Positions 29,380-40,049 of a stretch of DNA of 54,814 nt are shown in pieces (the stretch's first letter is position 1; every line of letters begins with the position of its first letter). This DNA is from Collinsella sp. (GTDB lineage: Bacteria; Actinomycetota; Coriobacteriia; Coriobacteriales; Coriobacteriaceae). The stretch lies in assembly GCA_052364855.1 (NCBI GenBank), contig DAWEIC010000001.1, positions 416-55,229 of the forward strand. Direction: 5' to 3'. The notes beneath the pieces are model-generated. The model was not told the DNA's origin. It searched no databases and was given only the letters and a program-made list of their open reading frames with translations. Position numbers and translations under genes: made by a program.

Positions 29380-30390
29380 ATGGCTCGCGAGGGCGCTCGT
29401 TCTAAGGATTCTGCTAAGCCTGGCATCAAGGAAGTTGCAGCGGTGGCGGGGGTTTCGCCTACTACGGTATCTCGCGTGCTTAATAATCGCGGCTATATTA
29501 GCCAAGAGACCCGCGATAAGGTCCATGCCGCGATGGAGCGCATCAACTATACGCCCAACGATATCGCCCGTGCCATGCTCAACGGTCGCCTGAATCTTAT
29601 CGGTATGATCGTTCCCTTTGTGAGCAGCCCGTTCCATGCTCAGGTTGTGCAGGCGGTCGAGCGCACGTTAGCGGAAAACGGCTTTAAGATGTTGCTGTGC
29701 AACAGCGCCAATCGACCCGATCTTGAGCGTTCCTATATTGACATGCTCCGCCGCAATATGGTCGACGGCGTCATCGTCAACTCCCTCAATATCGGTGCCG
29801 AGGCATATGCCGAGATGGGCTTGAGCCTGGTTGGCATCGACTGCGATCTTGGCGAGGGCTCTGTCCAGATTGCAAGTGACAGCTATGGCATTGGCGAGCT
29901 CGCCACGCGCCGTCTGATTGATGACGGCTGCAGGCGTATCCTGTGCCTGCGCAGCAATAGCCGCATGCGCATGCCTGCCAATAAGCGTACCGATGCCTAC
30001 CTCGATGTTGTTGAGCAGGCCGGTTTGTCCGCGCTTGTCTGTGAGGTTGAGTTCGTTAAGCCCGACGACGAAAAGGGCGCGGTCGTTGCGAAGATCCTCG
30101 ATGAGAACCCCGATATTGACGGCATCTTTGCGGGAGACGATACGATGGCGGCCATCTGTCTCAACGTGATGAAGCAGCGCGGCTTGAGCGCTCCAGACGA
30201 TATTAAGGTCGTGGGCGCGGATGGTGCCCGCCGAACTATGACGTTTATGCCTGACTTAACAACCGTACGTCAAGATATCGATCGCATCGGAGAGCTCGCG
30301 GCGCAATCCATCATCGCTCTTATTAACGGCGATAATCCCGAATCGAATATCAAGCTTCCCGTTGAACTTATTGAGGGCAAAACCGCGTAG
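29380..30390 (+). CDS. scrR: LacI-family sucrose operon repressor
   Basis: IKEVAAVAGVSPTTVSRVLNNRGYISQ is the typical ScrR HTH; adjacent to GH32 and PTS genes. Confidence 0.88.
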   Translation: MAREGARSKDSAKPGIKEVAAVAGVSPTTVSRVLNNRGYISQETRDKVHAAMERINYTPNDIARAMLNGRLNLIGMIVPFVSSPFHAQVVQAVERTLAENGFKMLLCNSANRPDLERSYIDMLRRNMVDGVIVNSLNIGAEAYAEMGLSLVGIDCDLGEGSVQIASDSYGIGELATRRLIDDGCRRILCLRSNSRMRMPANKRTDAYLDVVEQAGLSALVCEVEFVKPDDEKGAVVAKILDENPDIDGIFAGDDTMAAICLNVMKQRGLSAPDDIKVVGADGARRTMTFMPDLTTVRQDIDRIGELAAQSIIALINGDNPESNIKLPVELIEGKTA

Positions 30391-30445
30391 TTCATCCCGT
30401 GCCAAAAGAATTCCTCAAACGCCTCTGATGACCGTTCACCGGCAT

Positions 30446-30531
30446 ATGTCAACCGTTTGCCGACGACTGGAACTGCGAAAAGACGTATTGGTGTGAAAAC
30501 GTTTGACATATGAAAACGATTGACATATCTT
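30446..30531 (+). promoter_or_regulatory. Promoter with three ScrR-type operators
   Basis: ATGTCAACCGTTTGCC (30446), tandem TGAAAACG(T/A)TTGACATA (30494-30510 and 30511-30527); TTGACA (30503) followed 17 bp later by TATCTT (30526). Confidence 0.72.
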
Positions 30532-30573
30532 GCCATTGTACCGAGTTAGTATGTCGTGGAAAGGAAGTCTCGG

Positions 30574-31956
30574 ATGCACAAGGTGTATTACCAGCCTGAG
30601 GGAATTTGGGTAGGCGACATCATGCCGTACGGCGAGGACGGCACGTTCTATCTCTATCATCAGCGTGACACGCGTAACCCCGAACCTTTCGGAGAGCCGT
30701 TTGGCTGGGCACTCGCTACGACCAAGGATTTCGTCAACTACAAGGACTTTGGCGAGAGCCTTGAGCGCGGCGGCGACGAGGAAGTCGACCAGTACATTTA
30801 TGCCGGCACGGTGTTTAAGGTGGGCGACAAGTACCATGCGCTCTACACTGGTTGCAATCGCGATAAGGTCCGCGCACGTTTGATGAAGCAGGTTCTTCTT
30901 CACGCAACGAGCGACGACGCCGTCAAGTGGGAGAAGAACATCGCCGAGACGCTGCTTCCGCCCCAGGAGGGTTACGATGACCGCAACTGGCGCGATCCCT
31001 TTGTGCTTTGGGATGAGGAGAACGAGGAGTACATGCTCATCCTCGGCACGCGTGTGGGCGAGGACAAGCGTCTGATGACCGGCCGCCTGGTCAAGTTCAC
31101 CTCCAAGGATCTGACCAACTGGGAGTTCCAGGGCGACTGGTGGAACCCGGGCCTGTACACCATGTTTGAGATGCCTGATCTCTTTAAGATGGGCGACTGG
31201 TGGTACCTCGTCTTTTCCGAGTACAGCGACGGCAACAAGACCCGTTACCGCATGTCCAAGTCCATCAACGGTCCTTGGATTACCCCCGCTGACGACTCCT
31301 TCGACGGCCGCGCGTACTACGCCGCTCGCACCGCATTCGATGGCGAGCGTCGCGTTCTCTTTGGTTGGGTTCCTACGCGTGACGAGGGCGGCGACCCCAG
31401 CTCTTACCTATGGGGTGGCACCTTTATGCCCCTCGAGATCGTTCAGCGTGCCGACGGAACGCTCGGCACCAAGCTCCCCGACAGCATGCTTGGCGCCTTT
31501 GGCGAGGGCAAGGCTGTCGAGACCTTTGAGCTTTCCTGCGAGTCGGGCAAGGTCGAGCAGGTGCTCGCCGCGGATGCCGGCTCCACCTACTTGCTCGATG
31601 CCGACATTGAGCTCGGCGGTAACGCTGCCGGCTTCTCGGTCAAGTTCGCTGAGGACGCCGAGACCGGTCTTGCCTATGAGTTCCGCGCCAACCTGCGCGA
31701 GGGCAAGCTCGAGTTCACGCCGGCTCCCCAGTACCCGTGGTTCCAGGTCAACAACATGGGCCTCGAGCGTCCGTTGTTCTTTAAGGGCGAGGGCACTCAC
31801 CATGTGCGTCTGGTCGTCGACGACGACATCGCGACCATCTTTGTCGATGATGTTGCGCTCAACGCTCGCTTCTGCAACAAGCAGGGCCAGGGTGTGGCGC
31901 TTACCGTCACCGACGGTGCGCTCAAGTGCGCAAACGCAACGATCGCGTCTCTGTAG
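30574..31956 (+). CDS. Glycoside hydrolase family 32 beta-fructofuranosidase-like protein
   Basis: WVGDIMP nucleophile region, WRDPFV, FEMPDLF, YYAART. Confidence 0.85.
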   Translation: MHKVYYQPEGIWVGDIMPYGEDGTFYLYHQRDTRNPEPFGEPFGWALATTKDFVNYKDFGESLERGGDEEVDQYIYAGTVFKVGDKYHALYTGCNRDKVRARLMKQVLLHATSDDAVKWEKNIAETLLPPQEGYDDRNWRDPFVLWDEENEEYMLILGTRVGEDKRLMTGRLVKFTSKDLTNWEFQGDWWNPGLYTMFEMPDLFKMGDWWYLVFSEYSDGNKTRYRMSKSINGPWITPADDSFDGRAYYAARTAFDGERRVLFGWVPTRDEGGDPSSYLWGGTFMPLEIVQRADGTLGTKLPDSMLGAFGEGKAVETFELSCESGKVEQVLAADAGSTYLLDADIELGGNAAGFSVKFAEDAETGLAYEFRANLREGKLEFTPAPQYPWFQVNNMGLERPLFFKGEGTHHVRLVVDDDIATIFVDDVALNARFCNKQGQGVALTVTDGALKCANATIASL

Positions 31957-32001
31957 CGGCAACGAACCGTTTTATGATTTAGAAAAGGAATGGAGAGGAA
32001 C

Positions 32002-33453
32002 ATGGACTACAAGGCAGTGTCCCAGCAAGTCGTCGACAACGTCGGCGGACTGGAGAACATCGAGGGCGCCACGCATTGCGTGACCCGTCTGCGTCTGGTG
32101 CTCAAGGATACGAGCAAATACAACAAGGCCGAGCTCGAGAACATCGATGGCGTCAAGGGCGTGCTGTACAACAGCGGCCAGCTCATGATCATCTTCGGTA
32201 CCGGTACCGTCAACAAGGTTTACGATGAGTTTATGGCTCTGACGGGCGTTAAGGAGATCAGTGCTTCCGAGGTCAAGGGCGCCGAGGCGGACAAGAAGGG
32301 CAAGTTCTTCTCGGTCCTCAAGGTATTCTCGGACATCTTTATCCCCATCATTCCCGCCTTCGTCGGCGCTGCAATCATCATCGGCCTTAAGTCGTTGATC
32401 GTTGCCAACGGCCTCTTTGGCATGGAGGGCAGCCTCGCCGATCACAGCGAGTTCCTCAAGAACCTCGCAAGCTTCTTTGCCATTATCGCCACCACGTTCG
32501 ACTACCTGCCTGTCCTGGTTATGTACAGCGCAGTCAAGCGTTTTGGCGGTAACCCGATCCTGGGCATCCTCGTCGGTATCGTCATGGTTCACCCGAGCCT
32601 TATGAACCGCAACACGTTCGTTATGGACCCGACGGGTGCTGAGTACTGGAACTTTGGTCCGCTCTCCATTCCCATGGTTGCTTTCCAGGGCGGCGTGTTC
32701 CCTGCAATTCTGACCGCCTGGTTTATGGCCAAGGTCGAAAAGATTGCCCAGAAGTACATCCCCGAGGTCGTTTCGTTCGTCTTTGTCCCGACCGTTACCC
32801 TGATTCTTGCTAACGTCGCCCTGTTCACCGTGTTCGGCCCGCTCGGTAACCTGATCGGTGACGTCCTCGCCGGCGTAATCGATATCCTGTACAACAGGAT
32901 GGGCGTCTTTGGTGCCTTTGTCTTCGCCGCGTTCCTGCAGCCGCTTGTCGTTACCGGTACGCATCAGTTCATCCAGGGTATCGAGGCAAACCTTGTTGCC
33001 ACGACTGGCTTCAACTACATCCAGGCCATCTGGTCGGTTTCCATCATCGCCCAGGGCGGCGGCGCCATCGGCATGTACCTCATTCACAAGAAGCATTCCA
33101 AAGAGCGCAACATTTGCATGTCGTCCTTTATCCCGACGCTGGTCGGAATCTCCGAGCCCGCTATCTTTGCTGCAAACATGCGCTACTCGATTATTCCGTT
33201 CATCTGCGCATGCATCGGTGCAGGCTGCGGCGGTGCCTTCGTCAAGCTCTTTGAGGTGCGCGCTATCGGTCAGGGTCTGACCGGCGTGCTTGGCCTGCTC
33301 ATCGTCACGCCCGAGACCCTCGTGTGGTATGTGGCTGGCAATCTCATCGCCTTTATCGTGCCGATCGTCTTGATCTTTGCCTACAACAAGGCAAAGGGCG
33401 TGCCGACCACCGATGAAGAGGGCGCTGGCGCAGGCTTCGATGTCAGCTTCTAG
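32002..33453 (+). CDS. scrA: PTS sucrose-family EIIBC component
   Basis: EIIB motif HCVTRLR, VVTGTHQ, GISEPAIF; no EIIA domain. Confidence 0.85.
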   Translation: MDYKAVSQQVVDNVGGLENIEGATHCVTRLRLVLKDTSKYNKAELENIDGVKGVLYNSGQLMIIFGTGTVNKVYDEFMALTGVKEISASEVKGAEADKKGKFFSVLKVFSDIFIPIIPAFVGAAIIIGLKSLIVANGLFGMEGSLADHSEFLKNLASFFAIIATTFDYLPVLVMYSAVKRFGGNPILGILVGIVMVHPSLMNRNTFVMDPTGAEYWNFGPLSIPMVAFQGGVFPAILTAWFMAKVEKIAQKYIPEVVSFVFVPTVTLILANVALFTVFGPLGNLIGDVLAGVIDILYNRMGVFGAFVFAAFLQPLVVTGTHQFIQGIEANLVATTGFNYIQAIWSVSIIAQGGGAIGMYLIHKKHSKERNICMSSFIPTLVGISEPAIFAANMRYSIIPFICACIGAGCGGAFVKLFEVRAIGQGLTGVLGLLIVTPETLVWYVAGNLIAFIVPIVLIFAYNKAKGVPTTDEEGAGAGFDVSF

Positions 33454-33548
33454 TTGAGCCATTCAGTGCAATGTGCGGATAAGTCCATTTGAGGAAGGGC
33501 GTTCGGCTCGTGTGAGTCGGGCGTCCTTCCCTATAGACGAGAAAGTCA

Positions 33549-34997
33549 ATGGCGATGTTAAATCAAAAAAACAAGGTGATGCGTGCGGACTATGAGCAGT
33601 GGCGAGCTGGACAGGATGAGACGGCGGGTCGCATCGCGTCCGACCCCGATAGGCTCCTGTTCCATGTGGAGCCTGAGCTTGGCTGGCTCAACGACCCCAA
33701 CGGTTTGGTTCAGATTGGTGATACGTATCACATCTATCATCAATACGATCCGTTCGATGCTGCGCATGGCGGTCCAGTGCTTTGGAACCATCTGACGACA
33801 AAGGATTTTGTGACGTACGAGAATCACGGCCCCGTGCTGTTCCCCGATTCCGATTTGGATTCGAGCGGAGCGTATTCTGGTTCTGCCTTTGTACGCGATG
33901 GCAAGATTCACTACTTCTATACCGGCAACGTCAAGCATTTTGACCGCGATGATTACGACTACGTGTTGACGGGCCGTGAGCAAAACCAGATTCATATGGT
34001 TGCCGAGAATCCCGGCGAATTGGGCGAGAAGCGCATAGCTGTTGGACCGGTCGATTACCCCGACGATATCGGTACGCACGTGCGCGACCCCAAGATTCTT
34101 GAACACGGCGGTATCTACTACATGGTTCTGGGCGCTCGTACGAAAGACGACCGCGGCTGCGTGCTTGTCTATACCTCGCGCGAACTAGAGGACTGGAACT
34201 ATGCGACGCGTATTGAGCTGGACGAGAACTTTGGCTTTATGTGGGAGTGCCCCGATCTGTTTGAGCTCGATGGCGAGCTTATTCTCGTTTGCTGTCCGCA
34301 GGGTGTGCCTGCCGATGGTTGGCGTTACCGTAATCCGCATCAGTGCGTGTGGTTCCCTATCGAGGCCGATTGGGAGGCGCCGAGCTTTAAAATCGTCGGG
34401 CAGGGCATGCCCCCGATGGTCGATGCCGGTTTTGATTTCTATGCTCCGCAGTCCTTTGAGGATGCTGCAGGCCGGCGTTTGATGATCGGATGGTCGGGTT
34501 GCCCCGACGCGACAGCAGAAAACCCGACGGTGGCGCGCGGGTGGCAGTGCGCGTTGACGGTGCCGCGAGAGCTGAGCATGCGCGATGGTAAGCTCTGCCA
34601 GCAGCCGGCGCACGAGATTGAGAGGATGCGCGGCGGCTGCGTTCGTGCTGTAGGCGAAGAGACCGTCGAGGAGCCGGGACGCCTGTTTGATGTCGTGGTT
34701 TCCTGTGAGGGCGCCAAGATGGTTGAGCTCGAGATCCGCAAGGGCGTCTTTGTGCGTTATGCGGAGGGGATGCTTACCCTCGATATGGGTAATGAAGGCT
34801 ATGGGCGAGACCGGAGGTCGATTGAGCTCAGCGAGCTTCGCGACCTGCGCGTGCTTTCGGACACTACGATGGTCGAGATTTTTGCCAACGGCGGCGAGGC
34901 AGCACTTACGAGCCGTACCTATTCGCCGGCGGTACCGGCGTTAGGGTTGCATGCCGAGGGTGCGGCGTCGATGGATTTCTACCGTCTCGCGCATTAA
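33549..34997 (+). CDS. scrB: Sucrose-6-phosphate hydrolase (GH32)
   Basis: WLNDPNG, YSGSA, RDP, WECPD, DFYAPQ. Confidence 0.9.
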   Translation: MAMLNQKNKVMRADYEQWRAGQDETAGRIASDPDRLLFHVEPELGWLNDPNGLVQIGDTYHIYHQYDPFDAAHGGPVLWNHLTTKDFVTYENHGPVLFPDSDLDSSGAYSGSAFVRDGKIHYFYTGNVKHFDRDDYDYVLTGREQNQIHMVAENPGELGEKRIAVGPVDYPDDIGTHVRDPKILEHGGIYYMVLGARTKDDRGCVLVYTSRELEDWNYATRIELDENFGFMWECPDLFELDGELILVCCPQGVPADGWRYRNPHQCVWFPIEADWEAPSFKIVGQGMPPMVDAGFDFYAPQSFEDAAGRRLMIGWSGCPDATAENPTVARGWQCALTVPRELSMRDGKLCQQPAHEIERMRGGCVRAVGEETVEEPGRLFDVVVSCEGAKMVELEIRKGVFVRYAEGMLTLDMGNEGYGRDRRSIELSELRDLRVLSDTTMVEIFANGGEAALTSRTYSPAVPALGLHAEGAASMDFYRLAH

Positions 34998-35273
34998 CCG
35001 TGCGTGGAACACGATTGGACTTGCTGGGCGGAATGTGTCGCAGTTGCCGCAGCGAACTACCGTTTATCGCGTATAGCTACCGTTTGCGGAGTAAGTAACA
35101 CCTATTAATAAACCGTGTAAAATTTCAGGTAAGCACGGAGTTTTCCAGGGAGACGCTGTCCTTTGTTGTGTGCAAGGGGCGGCGTCTCTTTGGCGCTTTG
35201 CGGCCGTTGTGCAACAGTGCGGCGGCGCGTGCCATGTATTAAAAAGCCAATGTCGAGATGGGTCGTGATAAGA

Positions 35274-36128
35274 ATGGGCAAGTACGTAATCGTGGTTGAG
35301 TCTGGGTCGGATGTGACGCCGGAGCTCTGCGAGCGCTACGGCATCGTGCGCGTGCCCATGCATGTCACAATTGGTGACGAGACCGTTGAGGACGGCTCCA
35401 TCGATCCGCTCGAGATTTACTCGCGCTGCAACGAGTTTGGCGTAATGCCCAAGACCAGTGGCTGTGCGCCGGCAGATTTTGCGCACGTATATGACCGTAT
35501 CCATGCCGAGCAGCCCGATGCGACCATTCTGCATCTTGCGTACTCCGAAGTCACGACTTGCTCGCATCAGTCCTCTAAGATTGCGGCTAAGGGCCGCGAC
35601 TACGTATTCTCCATGGATACGCGTTTTGTCTCGGTGGGCCAGTCGCTCGTTGCCGTTGAGACCGCCAAATACATCGAGGCTCACCCCGATGCCACCGTCG
35701 ACGAGATCTTTGCATTTACGAACTCCGTCATGGACCGCGTGCTGCTGGGCTTTGTTCCTACCGACCTGGCCTTTCTTAAGGCGGGCGGTCGTCTGTCCAA
35801 CGTCGCGTTCCTTGGTGCCCACCTGCTCAAGATTAAGCCCTGCATTGAGGTGACGGGCGGTAAGTTTGTGGCGACCAAGAAGTTCCGCGGCTCTATGCTC
35901 AAGTGCGCCCGTGCCTTTATTGACCACATGGTTGCTAAGGGCGAGATTGACTACTCGCACATTGGCCTGGCGTATTCGGTAGGCCTTTCCCAGGAGCTGC
36001 GCGACGACATGGAAGTCTATGCGCACGACCTGGGCTTTAAGGACGTTACCTGGACTCAGGTCGGCGGCGTCATCTCGAGCCATTGCGGCCCGACCGCCTT
36101 CGGCGCGGTGCTTACGCTTAAGGCGTAA
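35274..36128 (+). CDS. DegV/FakB fatty-acid-binding protein
   Basis: ESGSD, PKTS, LKAGGR, LKIKP, SHCGP. Confidence 0.9.
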   Translation: MGKYVIVVESGSDVTPELCERYGIVRVPMHVTIGDETVEDGSIDPLEIYSRCNEFGVMPKTSGCAPADFAHVYDRIHAEQPDATILHLAYSEVTTCSHQSSKIAAKGRDYVFSMDTRFVSVGQSLVAVETAKYIEAHPDATVDEIFAFTNSVMDRVLLGFVPTDLAFLKAGGRLSNVAFLGAHLLKIKPCIEVTGGKFVATKKFRGSMLKCARAFIDHMVAKGEIDYSHIGLAYSVGLSQELRDDMEVYAHDLGFKDVTWTQVGGVISSHCGPTAFGAVLTLKA

Positions 36129-36301
36129 GGCCGCAGGCGAGCGTTCTTCAGCCTGACATCTCGACGTAGACCCCAGCCATGGTGATGGGGGATAGATTAA
36201 AACGTGCCATTCTAGCCCGAGACGTTTAAACGCAAGCGCATGGGCTAGAATGGCTCTGGCATTTTAATTGGTTGCATCCAAGGAGAGGCAAGGTAGCGGG
36301 A

Positions 36302-37120
36302 ATGGCTGAGATGACGCTTGAGGGTGTGGACGCTCGTCCTGAGGATTCCGCATTTGCCCTAGGCCGCGTGCATTCAATCGAGACGATGGGAACGGTCGAC
36401 GGACCCGGCATCCGCTTTGTGGTGTTTGTTCAGGGCTGTCCCATGCGCTGTGCGTATTGTCACAACCCCGACACCTGGTCGGTTAACGGCGGCACCATGG
36501 TGACCGTCGAGCACCTGATGGACGAGTTCCAGAGCAACCATGAGTTTTACCGCAGCGGTGGCATTACCGTTTCGGGCGGCGAGCCGCTTCTGCAGCCCGA
36601 GTTTTTGGCCGACCTGTTCCATGCAATGCACAACAACCCCGATGGTCGTGTGCATACCTGCCTGGATAGCTGTGGCTACGCCTTCGACCCTCAGCATCCC
36701 GAGAAGTTCGATGCCGTGCTCAACGAGACCGACATGGTACTGCTCGATATTAAGCATGCCGACCCGGTCGAGCATAAAAAGCTGACCGGTTGTGATCCCG
36801 CACGCATCCTGGCGTTTGGCGATGAGCTTGCACGTCGCAATATCAAGGTCGTTATCCGCCACGTGGTTGTGCCGGGCATTACCGACACGGCGGAGGAGTG
36901 CGAGAAGCTCGGTCGCCTCATCGCTCCATGGCACAACGTGGTGGGCCTGGAAATGCTGCCGTATCACACGATGGGTGTCGTCAAGTACGAGCAACTGGGC
37001 ATTCCCTATAAGCTCGAGGGCGTGCCCCAGATGGATACCGCGCGCATGCCCGAGCTGCGCAATGCCGTTATGGCCGGTATGAAAAAGCGCCGTGCGGAGC
37101 TCAAAAACGCTATCGGATAG
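36302..37120 (+). CDS. pflA: Pyruvate formate-lyase activating enzyme (radical SAM)
   Basis: GTVDGPGIR, CPMRCAYC, SGGEPLLQ, LPYH. Confidence 0.95.
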   Translation: MAEMTLEGVDARPEDSAFALGRVHSIETMGTVDGPGIRFVVFVQGCPMRCAYCHNPDTWSVNGGTMVTVEHLMDEFQSNHEFYRSGGITVSGGEPLLQPEFLADLFHAMHNNPDGRVHTCLDSCGYAFDPQHPEKFDAVLNETDMVLLDIKHADPVEHKKLTGCDPARILAFGDELARRNIKVVIRHVVVPGITDTAEECEKLGRLIAPWHNVVGLEMLPYHTMGVVKYEQLGIPYKLEGVPQMDTARMPELRNAVMAGMKKRRAELKNAIG

Positions 37121-37342
37121 CATGCCATAGCCCTCATATCCCCTCGTTCCCAGCTGAGTTGCGGTGGAATAGTTCTTGTTTTTAGGCCCATGTCGCCCAA
37201 ACAGGAACCATTTCACCGCAACTTCGTTTTGGGTAGAGATGCGCAACAGAATCGTGCCATTTGGATAAATACGCTTGTGGTTTCTTTAAAGACACCTTAA
37301 ACGCTGCTGAATATCTTTGGAAAGAAATGCCTGCTCGGTATC

Positions 37343-38500
37343 ATGCTGCTCGTATATAAACGGTGGCAGTCAGGAGGCCACGTGCGAAACATCGCATCGC
37401 GGGACGAGTATGTGCCGCAGCATGGCAGCAGATATAAGACGAAGGGCACGTCTTCGCGTGGCCTTGCCGGCGCTCGCATCCGCGTGAGGAAGATTGCCGC
37501 TATTGGGATGCTAACGTCGGCGGTTATTATCCTCGGAATTACCGTTAAAACCTACGCCTCGGAGCGAACGGGGCGCCCAGATGCGTCAACGGTACAGCTG
37601 CAAAACGAGAAGGTTTCAAAGTCCAAAGCGTCGGCAGATCAAGCTCTGTCGACGGCAGATCTCAAGACGAGACTTTCGAAGGCGGACTTCAACGATATCC
37701 CTTCGGGTGATACCGTTCGGACCTTCTCGTTGGTGGATAACAAGACTCCTGCCTTGGAGGATGAGAGCCTTGCCTCGCTCCAGGATGCCCTGTGTCGGGC
37801 GCAGGAGCTGGGCGACGTGGGTGTAGTGTTCTACGACCTATCGAGTGGTAGGGGCGTGACGTATAACGCCGATGTTGAGGTGTATGGAGCGAGCAGTTAT
37901 AAGGCGCTGTATGCACTCTATATTTGCGAGATGTTGGTCGAATCGGGGCAGGTGTCGCTCGATTGGCCTTTAGCAACGTATGGTGGTTACAGCATGGGCT
38001 GGCAGACAGTGCGTGACCTTATCGAGGCCGCGGTCGTTAATTCGGACAACGATTCGTTTATCGCGTTGCGTGCGGCGTTTGACCGTGTCGGTTACGAGGA
38101 TTGGATTGTCGGTCTTGGCGTCGATTACGATACCGCACTCGATCCGATGAGTGATTTTCCCACTTATTGCCCGCGCACCTCGGCCAAGTTGTGGCGCGAG
38201 ATGAGCGAGTATCTGAGCTGTGGCAGTGAGACCTCCCAGTGGTTATCTGAACTGCTGTCATCAACATCGCGCTCATTTATCCGTGATGGGATTGCCGACG
38301 ACCAAGCCTTGGTGCGCAACAAGGCAGGCTGGATTAGCGAGGATGGTTGCTATTCGACATGCGATGCGGGCCTTATCGACATCGATGGCCGTACCTATGT
38401 CATGAGCATCATGACATCGATGCCGTGGAGCGACCGCTCGAGCGAGGTTACGGCTGCGATTGCAAAGGCTCTGTTTGATACGCGAGCTGTGCTGGCCTAG
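37343..38500 (+). CDS. Membrane-anchored serine hydrolase, class A beta-lactamase/PBP-like (start uncertain)
   Basis: SxxK (SSYK), SDN and KAG motifs; N-terminal hydrophobic helix. Confidence 0.8.
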   Translation: MLLVYKRWQSGGHVRNIASRDEYVPQHGSRYKTKGTSSRGLAGARIRVRKIAAIGMLTSAVIILGITVKTYASERTGRPDASTVQLQNEKVSKSKASADQALSTADLKTRLSKADFNDIPSGDTVRTFSLVDNKTPALEDESLASLQDALCRAQELGDVGVVFYDLSSGRGVTYNADVEVYGASSYKALYALYICEMLVESGQVSLDWPLATYGGYSMGWQTVRDLIEAAVVNSDNDSFIALRAAFDRVGYEDWIVGLGVDYDTALDPMSDFPTYCPRTSAKLWREMSEYLSCGSETSQWLSELLSSTSRSFIRDGIADDQALVRNKAGWISEDGCYSTCDAGLIDIDGRTYVMSIMTSMPWSDRSSEVTAAIAKALFDTRAVLA

Positions 38501-38578
38501 CGTGTTCGTTTGACGAGGTCAAACAAAATGCTGGTACCATACCGTGGTTGAGAATTTCGTATAGGTTTGGGGAATGGC

Positions 38579-39319
38579 ATGGCTACCATCGCGATTATCG
38601 GTGCACTCGAAAAAGAGATCATGCAGATTAAGGAAGAGCTGAGCGACGTTTGCGAGGCACAGGAGGCAGGCTTGACCGTTGTGAGCGGTGAGCTCGACGG
38701 CCTGACGCTTGTCGCCACAACGGCGGGCATGGGCACGGTGAACGCCGCTGCTGCGACGCAGCACCTCATTAGCAAGTATGCTCCACAGGCCGTTGTGCTC
38801 TCGGGTATCGCGGGCGGTTTGAACCCCAAGCTCCATATCGATGACGTGGTCATCGGCAAACGCCTGCGCTATCTGGATACCGATACCGCGCTTATCGCCG
38901 AGTCTGCACCGGGGCTCGAGGAGTTTGGCTCGACGCCTGCGCTGGTCGATATTGCTGCCGATGTGCTTGCTGAGCATGGGTTTGTTGATGCTTCGACAAA
39001 TGCAGCCGCTTCGAACAAGGGCGCCAAGCAGTTCCTGGTCGGTACGATTGCCACGGGTAACCGCTTTGTGACGGGCACCGCCATGCGCAACGACGCTATC
39101 GAGGCGACGCATGCCGATTGTGTCGGCATGGAGGGCGCGGCAATTGCCCATGTCGCAACCAAAAATGGTGTCGATTGCCTGGTGCTGCGCGCTATCAGCG
39201 ATAATTGTGATGAGGCGTACGATGCGATTTGCGACCGCGAGTTCGACCTGTTCGAGTATGCCCGTACCGCGAGTGGCATTACGCTCGATATCGTTCGCCG
39301 TATCGCTGCTATCTATTAG
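38579..39319 (+). CDS. mtnN: 5'-methylthioadenosine/S-adenosylhomocysteine nucleosidase
   Basis: IIGALEKE, GMGTVNAA, GIAGG, MEGAAIA, RAISD. Confidence 0.9.
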   Translation: MATIAIIGALEKEIMQIKEELSDVCEAQEAGLTVVSGELDGLTLVATTAGMGTVNAAAATQHLISKYAPQAVVLSGIAGGLNPKLHIDDVVIGKRLRYLDTDTALIAESAPGLEEFGSTPALVDIAADVLAEHGFVDASTNAAASNKGAKQFLVGTIATGNRFVTGTAMRNDAIEATHADCVGMEGAAIAHVATKNGVDCLVLRAISDNCDEAYDAICDREFDLFEYARTASGITLDIVRRIAAIY

Positions 39320-39357
39320 CGCGCTCTTTTGTAAGAACCTACGACCAAGGAGTGTCC

Positions 39358-39948
39358 ATGGCCGATTCCATTAACTACCAGCTTGCCAAGTTCGTTGCCA
39401 GCTATGGCAAGGTTTCGCAGATTCCCGAGTCCACCTGCCCCGAGGTGAGCTTCGTCGGCCGCTCCAACGTGGGCAAGTCGTCGATCATGAACAAGCTTTT
39501 TGGCCGCAAGAACCTCGTCAAGGTTTCGAGCACGCCGGGCAAGACGAGCAACATCAACTTCTTCGAGGCCGACGACGTGCACTTCGTCGACCTGCCGGGC
39601 TATGGTTTCGCCCGTCGTTCCAAGGCCGAGCGTGACCGCTGGGCCGAGCTTATCGGCGACTTCTTCGACTCGGAGCGCAGCTTTAACCTGGTCGTGTCGC
39701 TGGTGGATATTCGTCACGACCCGAGCAAACTCGACCATGACGTGATCGACTACCTGCAGGGCAACGAGTTCAACTTTATCGTCTGCCTCACCAAGGCCGA
39801 CAAGCTCAGCCGCACCCAGCAGGCCCGCCAGGCAGCAGCCATCAAAAAGCAGCTCAACGTCCCGGCCGAAAACGTGATCATCACAAGCTCCCAGACCGGT
39901 ACCGGCATCGACGAACTCAAAAAGCGCATCGCCGAGGCCTGCCTCTAG
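39358..39948 (+). CDS. engB: Ribosome biogenesis GTPase YihA/YsxC
   Basis: GRSNVGKSS, PGKT, DLPGYG, TKADK. Confidence 0.95.
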   Translation: MADSINYQLAKFVASYGKVSQIPESTCPEVSFVGRSNVGKSSIMNKLFGRKNLVKVSSTPGKTSNINFFEADDVHFVDLPGYGFARRSKAERDRWAELIGDFFDSERSFNLVVSLVDIRHDPSKLDHDVIDYLQGNEFNFIVCLTKADKLSRTQQARQAAAIKKQLNVPAENVIITSSQTGTGIDELKKRIAEACL

Positions 39949-39984
39949 TAAGGGCTCTTGGCAGGCAATAGTTTGCATCTATCT

Positions 39985-40031
39985 ATATCACCCCAGTGAT
40001 AGTTGTTGGTACACTATCACTGGGGTGATAT
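39985..40031. promoter_or_regulatory. Double palindromic operator (2 x TATCAC-N4-GTGATA) around an extended -10
   Basis: Perfect 19-bp inverted repeat 39985-40003/40013-40031; TGGTACACT at 40007-40015. Confidence 0.8.
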
Positions 40032-40049
40032 TTGTATTTGGAGGTCACA

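Noticed and set aside
37343..38500. Acquired beta-lactamase resistance gene
   Set aside because: It has SxxK/SDN/KAG motifs but is membrane-anchored, divergent and lacks mobile context; more likely a cell-wall serine hydrolase.
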